In this document: positions 52,701 to 64,000 of the stretch, piece after piece
Layout of the letters: each line of letters opens with the position of its first letter
How positions within the stretch are numbered: the first letter of the stretch is position 1
Notes under the pieces: generated by a model
Told to the model about the DNA's origin: nothing
The model's input: only the letters and a program-made list of their open reading frames with translations
Databases searched by the model: none
Made by a program: the position numbers and the translations under genes
Source: Isurus oxyrinchus
Lineage: Eukaryota
Assembly (NCBI GenBank): GCA_026770705.1
Contig: JANJGN010000016.1
Location: 86,738,001 to 86,802,000, forward strand
Direction of reading: 5' to 3'
Length of the DNA: 64,000 bases

Positions 52701-55700
52701 TGTACTCAGGTACATCACACTTCACAATCCAGTCTGTGTACTCAGATACATCACACTTAACAAACCAGTCTGTGTACTCAGGTACATCACACTTCACAAT
52801 CCAGTCTGTGTACTCAGATACATCACACTTAACAAACCAGTCTGTGTATACAGGTACTTCACACTTCACAATCCACTCTGTGTACTCAGGTACATCACAC
52901 TTCACAATCCACTCTGTGTACTCAGGTACATCACACTTCACAATCCAGTCTGTGTACTCAGGTACATCACACTTCACAATCCAGTCTGTGTTCTCAGGTA
53001 CATCACACTTCACAATCCAGTCTCTGTACTCAGGCACATCACATTTCACAATCCAGTCTGTGTACTCAGGTACATCACACTTCACAATCCATTCTGTGTA
53101 CTCAGGTACATCACACTTCACAATCCAGTCTATGTTCTCAGGTACATCACACTTCATAATCCAGTCTGTGTACTCAGGTACATCACACTTCACAATCCAG
53201 TCTATGTTCTCAGGTACATCACACTTCATAATCCAGTCTGTGTGCTCAGGTACATCACATTTCACAATATAGTCAGTGTACTCAGGTACATCACACTTCA
53301 CAATCCAGTCTCTGTACTCAGGTACATCACACTTCACAATCCAGTCTGTGTACTCAGGTACATCACACTTCACAATTCAGTCTGTGTACTCAGGTACATC
53401 ACACTTCACAATCCAGTCTATGTTCTCAGGTACATCACACTTCATAATCCAGTCTGTGTACTCAGGTACATCACACTTCACAATATAGTCTGTGTACTCA
53501 GGTACATCACACTTCACAATCCAGTTTGTGTACTCAGGTACATCACACTTCACAGTCCAATCAGTGGTAGTCCGGTAAATCACACTTCACAATCCTGCCT
53601 GTTGTCTCAGGGACGTCACAGTTTACAATCAAGTCGGTGTACTCAGCTACGTCACACTTCACAATCCATTTTGTGTACTCAGCTACGTCACACGTCATAA
53701 TCCAGTCTGTGTACTCAGGTACATCACAGTTTACATTCCATTCTGTGTACTCAGATACATCACACTTCACAATCCAGTTTGTGCTCTCAGGTACACCAAT
53801 CATCACACTCCAGTCTCTCTACTCAGGAACATCATACTTCACAATCCAGTCTGTGTAAATAGGTGCATCATATTTCACAATCCAGTCTGTGTATACAGGT
53901 ACTTCACACTTCACAATCAACTCTGTGTACTCATGTGCATCACACTTCACAACCCAGCCTGTGTCCTCAGGTACATCATATTTCACAAAACAGTCTGTGT
54001 ACTCAGGAACAACACACTTCACAATCCAGTCTGTGCACTCAGGTACATCACACTCCACAATCCAGTCTGTGTACTCAGGTACACCACATTTCACAATCCA
54101 GTCTGTGTACTCAGGTACATCACACTTCACAATCCAGTCTGTGTACTCAGGTACATCACATTTCACAATCCAGTCTGTGTACTCAGGTACATCAAATTTC
54201 ACAATCCAGTCTGAGTCCTCAGGAACACCACACATCACAATACTGTCTGTGTACTCAGGTACATCACATTTCACAATCCAGTCTGTGTACTCAGGTACAT
54301 CACACATCACAATCCAATCTGTGTACACAGGTACATCACACTTCACAATCCACTCTGTGTGCTCAGGTACAACAAACTTCACAATCCAGTCTGTGTACTC
54401 AGGTACATCAAACATCACAATCCACTTTGTGTACTCAGTACACCAATCGTCACAATCCAGTCTGTGTACCCAGGTACATCACACTTCACAATCCAGTCTC
54501 TGTACTCAGTAACACCATACTTCACAATCCAGTCTGTGTGCACAAGTACATCACTCTACACAATCCACTATGTGTACACAGGTGGATCATATTTCACAAT
54601 CCACTCTCTGTACACAGGTACATCACACTTCACAATCAAGTCTGTGTATTCAGCTACGTCACACTTCACAAACCAGTCTGAGTACTTCGCTACGTCACAC
54701 TTCACAATTCAGTCTGTGTACTCAGGTGCATCATATTTCACAATCCAGTCTGTGTACACAGGTACATCACACTTCACAATCCAGTCTGTGTACTCAGATA
54801 CATCAAACATCACAATCCAGTTTGTGTACTCAGGACACCAATCATCATAATCCCGTCTTTGTGCTCAGGTACATCAAACTTCACAATCCAGTCTGCGTAC
54901 ACCGGTTCATCACAATTCACAATCCAGTCTGTGTACTCAGGTACATCATATTTCACAATCCTGTTCTGCACTCAGGAACATCACTCTTCACAATCCAGTC
55001 TGTGTACTCAGGTACATCACACTTAACAATCCAGTCTTTGTACTCAGGTACATCACACTTCACAATCCACTTTGTTAACTCAGGCACACCACACATCACA
55101 ATCCAGTCTGTGTACTCAGGTACATCACACTTCACAATCCAGTCTGTGTACTCAGGTATATAACATTTCGCAATCCAGTTTGTGTACTCAGGTACATCAC
55201 ATTTCACAATCCAGTCTGTGTACTCAGGTAAATAACATTTCGCAATCCAGTTTGTGTACTCAGGTACATCACACTTCATAATCCAGTCTGTGTACTCAGG
55301 TACATCACACTTCACAATCCAGTCTGTGTACTCAGGTACATCACATTTCACAATCCAGTCTGTGTACTCAGGTACATCACACATCACAATCCAATCTGTG
55401 TACACAGGTACATCACACTTCACAATCCAGTCTGTGTACTCAGGTACATCAAATTTCACAATCCAGTCTGAGTCCTCAGGAACACCACACATCACAATAC
55501 TGTCTGTGTACTCAGGTACATCACATTTCACAATCCAGTCTGTGTACTCAGATACATCACACTTCACAATCCAGTCTGTGTACTCAGATACGTCACACTT
55601 CACAATCCAGTCTGTGTACTCAGGTACATCACACTTCACAATCCAGTCTGTGTACTCAGGTACATCACACTTCACAATCCAGTCTGTGTACTCAGGTACA

Positions 55701-57100
55701 TCACACTTCACAATCCAGTCTCTGTACTCAGGTACATCACACTTCACAATACAGTCTGTGTACACAGGTACATCACATTTCACAATCCAGTCTGTGTACT
55801 CAGGTACATCACACTTCACAATCCAGTCTGTGTACTCAGATACATCACACTTAACAAACCAGTCTGTGTACTCAGGTACATCACACTTCACAATCCAGTC
55901 TGTGTACTCAGATACATCACACTTAACAAACCAGTCTGTGTATACAGGTACTTCACACTTCACAATCCACTCTGTGTACTCAGGTACATCACACTTCACA
56001 ATCCACTCTGTGTACTCAGGTACATCACACTTCACAATCCAGTCTGTGTACTCAGGTACATCACACTTCACAATCCAGTCTGTGTTCTCAGGTACATCAC
56101 ACTTCACAATCCAGTCTCTGTACTCAGGCACATCACATTTCACAATCCAGTCTGTGTACTCAGGTACATCACACTTCACAATCCATTCTGTGTACTCAGG
56201 TACATCACACTTCACAATCCAGTCTATGTTCTCAGGTACATCACACTTCATAATCCAGTCTGTGTACTCAGGTACATCACACTTCACAATCCAGTCTATG
56301 TTCTCAGGTACATCACACTTCATAATCCAGTCTGTGTGCTCAGGTACATCACATTTCACAATATAGTCAGTGTACTCAGGTACATCACACTTCACAATCC
56401 AGTCTCTGTACTCAGGTACATCACACTTCACAATCCAGTCTGTGTACTCAGGTACATCACACTTCACAATTCAGTCTGTGTACTCAGGTACATCACACTT
56501 CACAATCCAGTCTATGTTCTCAGGTACATCACACTTCATAATCCAGTCTGTGTACTCAGGTACATCACACTTCACAATATAGTCTGTGTACTCAGGTACA
56601 TCACACTTCACAATCCAGTTTGTGTACTCAGGTACATCACACTTCACAGTCCAATCAGTGGTAGTCCGGTAAATCACACTTCACAATCCTGCCTGTTGTC
56701 TCAGGGACGTCACAGTTTACAATCAAGTCGGTGTACTCAGCTACGTCACACTTCACAATCCATTTTGTGTACTCAGCTACGTCACACGTCATAATCCAGT
56801 CTGTGTACTCAGGTACATCACAGTTTACATTCCATTCTGTGTACTCAGATACATCACACTTCACAATCCAGTTTGTGCTCTCAGGTACACCAATCATCAC
56901 ACTCCAGTCTCTCTACTCAGGAACATCATGCTTCACAATCCAGTCTGTGTAAATAGGTGCATCATATTTCACAATCCAGTCTGTGTATACAGGTACTTCA
57001 CACTTCACAATCAACTCTGTGTACTCATGTGCATCACACTTCACAACCCAGCCTGTGTCCTCAGGTACATCATATTTCACAAAACAGTCTGTGTACTCAG
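49800..57100. repeat. 3094-bp higher-order repeat (~2.4 copies, near identical)
   Basis: Identical ORFs at 50148/53242/56336, 50725/53819 and 51859/54953; boundaries approximate. Confidence 0.9.
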
Positions 57101-60100
57101 GTACATCACACTTCACAATCTAGTCTGTGTACTCAGGTACACCACATTTCACAATCCAGTCTGTGTACTCAGGTACATCACACTTCACAATCCAGTCTGT
57201 GTACTCAGGTACATCACATTTCACAATCCAGTCTGTGTACTCAGGTACATCAAATTTCACAATCCAGTCTGAGTCCTCAGTAACACCACACATCACAATA
57301 CTGTCTGTGTACTAAGGTACATCACATTTCACAATCCAGTCTGTGTACTCAGGTACATCACACATCACAATCCAATCTGTGTACACAGGTACATCACACT
57401 TCACAATCCACTCTGTGTGCTCAGGTACAACAAACTTCACAATCCAGTCTGTGTACTCAGGTACATCAAACATCACAATCCACTTTGTGTACTCAGTACA
57501 CCAATCGTCACAATCCAGTCTGTGTACCCAGGTACATCACACTTCACAATCCAGTCTCTGTACTCAGTAACACCATACTTCACAATCCAGTCTGTGTGCA
57601 CAAGTACATCACTCTTCACAATCCACTCTGTGTACACAGGTGGATCATATTTCACAATCCACTCTCTGTACACAGGTACATCACACTTCACAATCAAGTC
57701 TGTGTACTCAGCTACGTCACACTTCACAATTCAGTCTGTGTACTCAGGTGCATCATATTTCACAATCCAGTCTGTGTACACAGGTACATAACACTTCACA
57801 ATCCAGTCTGTGTACACAGGTACATCACACTTCACAATGCGTTCTGTGTACTCAGGTACATCACACTTCACAATCCAGTCTGTGTACTCAGATACATCAA
57901 ACATCACAATCCAGTTTGTGTACTCAGGACACCAATCATCATAATCCCGTCTTTGTGCTCAGGTACATCAAACTTCACAATCCAGTCTGCGTACACCGGT
58001 TCATCACAATTCACAATCCAGTCTGTGTACTCAGGTACATCATATTTCACAATCCTGTTCTGCACTCAGGAACATCACTCTTCACAATCCAGTCTGTGTA
58101 CTCAGGTACATCACACTTAACAATCCAGTCTTTGTACTCAGGTACATCACACTTCACAATCCACTTTGTTTACTCAGGCACACCACACATCACAATCCAG
58201 TCTGTGTACTCAGGTACATCACATTTCACAATCCAGTCTGTGTACTCAGGTACATCACACTTCACAATCCACTCTGTGTACTCAGGTACATCACACTTCA
58301 CAATCCAGTCTGCGTACTCAGGTACATCACACTTCACAATCCAGTCTCTGTACTCAGGTACATCACACTTCACAATTCAGTCTGTGTACTCAGGTACATC
58401 ATACTTCACAATCCAGTCTGTGTAAATAGGTGCATCATATTTCACAATCCAGTCTGAGTCCTCAGGAACACCACACATCACAATACTGTCTGTGTACTCA
58501 GGTACATCACACTTGACAATCCAGTCTCTGTACTCAGGTACATCACACTTCACAATACATTCTGTGTACTCAGGTACATCACATTTCACAATCCAGTCTG
58601 GGTACTCAGGTACATCACATTTCACAATCCAGTCTGTGTACTCAGATACATCACACTTAACAAACCAGTCTGTGTACTCAGGTACATCACACTTCACAAT
58701 CCACTCTGTGTACTCAGGTACATCACACTTCACAATCCAGTCTGTGTACTCAGGTACATCACACTTCACAATCCAGTCTGTGTTCTCAGGTACATCACAC
58801 TTCACAATCCAGTCTCTGTACTCAGGTACATCACACTTCACAATCCAGTCTGTGTACTCAGGTACATCACACTTCACAATCCAGTCTGTGTGCTCAGGTA
58901 CATCACACATCACAATCCATTCTGTGTACTCAGGTACATCACACTTCACAATCCAGTCTATGTTCTCAGGTACATCACACTTCATAATCCAGTCTGTGTA
59001 CTCAGGTACATCACACTTCACAATATAGTCAGTGTACTCAGGTACATCACACTTCACAATCCAGTTTGTGTACTCAGGTACATCACACTTCACAGTCCAA
59101 TCAGTGGTAGTCCGGTAAATCACACTTCACAATCCTGCCTGTTGTCTCAGGGACGTCACAGTTTACAATCAAGTCGGTGTACTCAGCTACGTCACACTTC
59201 ATAATCCATTTTGTGTACTCAGCTATGTCACACTTCACAATCCATTCTGTGTACTCAGATACATCACACTTCACAATCCACTTTGTGGTCTCAGGTATAC
59301 CAATCATCACACTCCAGTCTCTCTACTCAGGAACATCATACTTCACAATCCAGTCTGTGTAAATAGGTGCATCATATTTCACAATCCAGTCTGTGTACAC
59401 AGGTACTTCACACTTCACAATCAACTCTGTGTACTCATGTGCATCACACTTCACAACCCAGCCTGTGTCCTCAGGTACATCATATTTCACAATCCAGTCT
59501 GTGTACACAGGTACAACACACTTCACAATCCAGTCTGTGTACTCAGGTACATCACACTTCACAATCCAGTCTGTGTACTCAGGTACACCACACTTCACAT
59601 TCCAGTCTGTGTACTCAGGTACACCACATTTCACAATCCAGTCTGTGTACTCAGGTACATCACACTTCACAATCCAGTCTGTGTACTCAGGTACATCACA
59701 CTTCACAATCCAGTCTGTGTACTCAGGTACATCACATTTCACAATCCAGTCTGTGTACTCAGGTACATCACACATCACAATCCAATCTGTGTACACAGGT
59801 ACATCACACTTCACAATCCAGTCTGTGTACTCAGGTACATCAAATTTCACAATCCAGTCTGAGTCCTCAGGAAAACCACACATCACAATACTGTCTGTGT
59901 ACTCAGGTACATCACATTTCACAATCCAGTCTGTGTACACAGGTACATCACACTTCACAATCCACACTGTGTGCTCAGGTACAACAAACTTCACAATCCA
60001 GTCTGTGTACACAGGTACATCAAACATCACAATCCACTTTGTGTACTCAGTACACCAATCGTCACAATCCAGTCTGTGTGCACAAGTACATCACTATTCA

Positions 60101-63100
60101 CAATCCACTCTGTGTACACAGGTGGATCATATTTCACAATCCACTCTCTGTACACAGGTACATTACACTTCGCAATCAAGTCTGTGTATTCAGCTACGTA
60201 ACACTTCACAAACCAGTCTGAGTACTCAGCTACGTCACACTTCACAATCCAGTCTGTGTACTCAGGTACATCACACTTCACAATCCAGTCTGTGTACTCA
60301 GGTACATCACACTTCACAATCCATTCTGTGTACTCAGGTACATCACACTTCACAATCCATTCTGTGTACTCAGGTACATCACATTTCACAATCCAGTCTG
60401 TGTACTCAGGTACATCACACTTCACAATCCAGGCTGTGTACTCAGGTACATCACACTTCATAATCCAGTCTGTGTACTCAGGTACATCACACTTCACAAT
60501 CCAGTCTGTGTACTCAGGTACATCACATTTCACAATCCAGTCTGTGTACTCAGGTACATCACACATCACAATCCAATCTGTGTACACAGGTACATCACAC
60601 TTCACAATCCAGTCTGTGTACTCAGGTACATCAAATTTCACAATCCAGTCTGAGTCCTCAGGAACACCACACATCACAATACTGTCTGTGTACTCAGGTA
60701 CATCACATTTCACAATCCAGTCTGTGTACTCAGATACATCACACTTCACAATCCAGTCTGTGTACTCAGATACGTCACACTTCACAATCCAGTCTGTGTA
60801 CTCAGGTACATCACACTTCACAATCCAGTCTGTGTACTCAGGTACATCACACTTCACAATCCAGTCTGTGTACTCAGGTACATCACACTTCACAATCCAG
60901 TCTCTGTACTCAGGTACATCACACTTCACAATACAGTCTGTGTACACAGGTACATCACATTTCACAATCCAGTCTGTGTACTCAGGTACATCACACTTCA
61001 CAATCCAGTCTGTGTACTCAGATACATCACACTTAACAAACCAGTCTGTGTACTCAGGTACATCACACTTCACAATCCAGTCTGTGTACTCAGATACATC
61101 ACACTTAACAAACCAGTCTGTGTATACAGGTACTTCACACTTCACAATCAACTCTGTGTACTCATGTGCATCACACTTCACAACCCAGCCTGTGTCCTCA
61201 GGTACATCATATTTCACAAAACAGTCTGTGTACTCAGGTACATCACACTTCACAATCTAGTCTGTGTACTCAGGTACACCACATTTCACAATCCAGTCTG
61301 TGTACTCAGGTACATCACACTTCACAATCCAGTCTGTGTACTCAGGTACATCACATTTCACAATCCAGTCTGTGTACTCAGGTACATCAAATTTCACAAT
61401 CCAGTCTGAGTCCTCAGTAACACCACACATCACAATACTGTCTGTGTACTAAGGTACATCACATTTCACAATCCAGTCTGTGTACTCAGGTACATCACAC
61501 ATCACAATCCAATCTGTGTACACAGGTACATCACACTTCACAATCCACTCTGTGTGCTCAGGTACAACAAACTTCACAATCCAGTCTGTGTACTCAGGTA
61601 CATCAAACATCACAATCCACTTTGTGTACTCAGTACACCAATCGTCACAATCCAGTCTGTGTACCCAGGTACATCACACTTCACAATCCAGTCTCTGTAC
61701 TCAGTAACACCATACTTCACAATCCAGTCTGTGTGCACAAGTACATCACTCTTCACAATCCACTCTGTGTACACAGGTGGATCATATTTCACAATCCACT
61801 CTCTGTACACAGGTACATCACACTTCACAATCAAGTCTGTGTACTCAGCTACGTCACACTTCACAATTCAGTCTGTGTACTCAGGTGCATCATATTTCAC
61901 AATCCAGTCTGTGTACACAGGTACATAACACTTCACAATCCAGTCTGTGTACACAGGTACATCACACTTCACAATGCGTTCTGTGTACTCAGGTACATCA
62001 CACTTCACAATCCAGTCTGTGTACTCAGATACATCAAACATCACAATCCAGTTTGTGTACTCAGGACACCAATCATCATAATCCCGTCTTTGTGCTCAGG
62101 TACATCAAACTTCACAATCCAGTCTGCGTACACCGGTTCATCACAATTCACAATCCAGTCTGTGTACTCAGGTACATCATATTTCACAATCCTGTTCTGC
62201 ACTCAGGAACATCACTCTTCACAATCCAGTCTGTGTACTCAGGTACATCACACTTAACAATCCAGTCTTTGTACTCAGGTACATCACACTTCACAATCCA
62301 CTTTGTTTACTCAGGCACACCACACATCACAATCCAGTCTGTGTACTCAGGTACATCACATTTCACAATCCAGTCTGTGTACTCAGGTACATCACACTTC
62401 ACAATCCACTCTGTGTACTCAGGTACATCACACTTCACAATCCAGTCTGCGTACTCAGGTACATCACACTTCACAATCCAGTCTCTGTACTCAGGTACAT
62501 CACACTTCACAATTCAGTCTGTGTACTCAGGTACATCATACTTCACAATCCAGTCTGTGTAAATAGGTGCATCATATTTCACAATCCAGTCTGAGTCCTC
62601 AGGAACACCACACATCACAATACTGTCTGTGTACTCAGGTACATCACACTTGACAATCCAGTCTCTGTACTCAGGTACATCACACTTCACAATACATTCT
62701 GTGTACTCAGGTACATCACATTTCACAATCCAGTCTGGGTACTCAGGTACATCACATTTCACAATCCAGTCTGTGTACTCAGATACATCACACTTAACAA
62801 ACCAGTCTGTGTACTCAGGTACATCACACTTCACAATCCACTCTGTGTACTCAGGTACATCACACTTCACAATCCAGTCTGTGTACTCAGGTACATCACA
62901 CTTCACAATCCAGTCTGTGTTCTCAGGTACATCACACTTCACAATCCAGTCTCTGTACTCAGGTACATCACACTTCACAATCCAGTCTGTGTACTCAGGT
63001 ACATCACACTTCACAATCCAGTCTGTGTGCTCAGGTACATCACACATCACAATCCATTCTGTGTACTCAGGTACATCACACTTCACAATCCAGTCTATGT

Positions 63101-64000
63101 TCTCAGGTACATCACACTTCATAATCCAGTCTGTGTACTCAGGTACATCACACTTCACAATATAGTCAGTGTACTCAGGTACATCACACTTCACAATCCA
63201 GTTTGTGTACTCAGGTACATCACACTTCACAGTCCAATCAGTGGTAGTCCGGTAAATCACACTTCACAATCCTGCCTGTTGTCTCAGGGACGTCACAGTT
63301 TACAATCAAGTCGGTGTACTCAGCTACGTCACACTTCATAATCCATTTTGTGTACTCAGCTATGTCACACTTCACAATCCACTTTGTGGTCTCAGGTTTA
63401 CCAATCATCACACTCCAGTCTCTCTACTCAGGAACATCATACTTCACAATCCAGTCTGTGTAAATAGGTGCATCATATTTCACAATCCAGTCTGTGTACA
63501 CAGGTACTTCACACTTCACAATCAACTCTGTGTACTCATGTGCATCACACTTCACAACCCAGCCTGTGTCCTCAGGTACATCATATTTCACAATCCAGTC
63601 TGTGTACACAGGTACAACACACTTCACAATCCAGTCTGTGTACTCAGGTACATCACACTTCACAATCCAGTCTGTGTACTCAGGTACACCACACTTCACA
63701 TTCCAGTCTGTGTACTCAGGTACACCACATTTCACAATCCAGTCTGTGTACTCAGGTACATCACACTTCACAATCCAGTCTGTGTACTCAGGTACATCAC
63801 ACTTCACAATCCAGTCTGTGTACTCAGGTACATCACATTTCACAATCCAGTCTGTGTACTCAGGTACATCACACATCACAATCCAATCTGTGTACACAGG
63901 TACATCACACTTCACAATCCAGTCTGTGTACTCAGGTACATCAAATTTCACAATCCAGTCTGAGTCCTCAGGAAAACCACACATCACAATACTGTCTGTG
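56990..64000. repeat. 4137-bp higher-order repeat (~1.7 copies visible)
   Basis: Identical ORFs at 57127/61264, 57640/61777 and 58377/62514; the offset drops to 4101 after ~63370 (loss of one monomer). Confidence 0.88.

Larger units (their letters stand above)
40530..64000. repeat. 36-bp satellite array (~650 monomers in the window); runs off the right edge
   Basis: Consensus cacttcacaatccagtctgtgtactcaggtacatca, with two GTAC sites per monomer and no unique spacers. Confidence 0.98.

Noticed and set aside
40516-63987. ORFs of 12-aa repeats (IVKCDVPEYTDW, SGTSHFTIQSVY, LCTQVHHTSQSS), superficially zinc-finger or repeat-protein like
   Set aside because: A 36-bp unit lacking stops in several frames on both strands; 35-bp monomers and stops break the frames, and the orientation flips mid-ORF
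40530-64000. 36-bp repeats as a CRISPR array
   Set aside because: Head-to-tail monomers with no unique spacers, no cas genes, and a vertebrate context

Overview
Eukaryotic, repeat-dominated window, almost certainly from a cartilaginous fish (shark). Its only supportable gene is one complete, unrearranged immunoglobulin kappa-type (NS4/type III-like) light-chain cluster on the minus strand: promoter (TATA, octamer variant) - leader 32612-32564 - V 32377-32083 - 12-RSS - about 1.1 kb spacer - 23-RSS - J 30904-30870 - 2.9 kb intron - C 27939-27611 - AATAAA. The cluster lies in a ~14.7 kb island of decayed LINEs/SINEs and minisatellites. On one side is a >=25.8 kb C-rich GGCATCACCC satellite; on the other a >=23.5 kb 36-bp satellite with an internal 3.3 kb inversion and kb-scale higher-order repeats. 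Almost all ORFs in the track are artefacts of these satellites. Most notable points: a flush V-J join gives an in-frame TAG; a 61-bp minisatellite with cryptic RSS-like motifs lies between the two RSSs; a Deu-domain SINE sits in the J-C intron; and a switch-region-like G-rich array lies downstream on the sense strand. I found no clearly novel gene system; the findings are mostly hypotheses about this locus.
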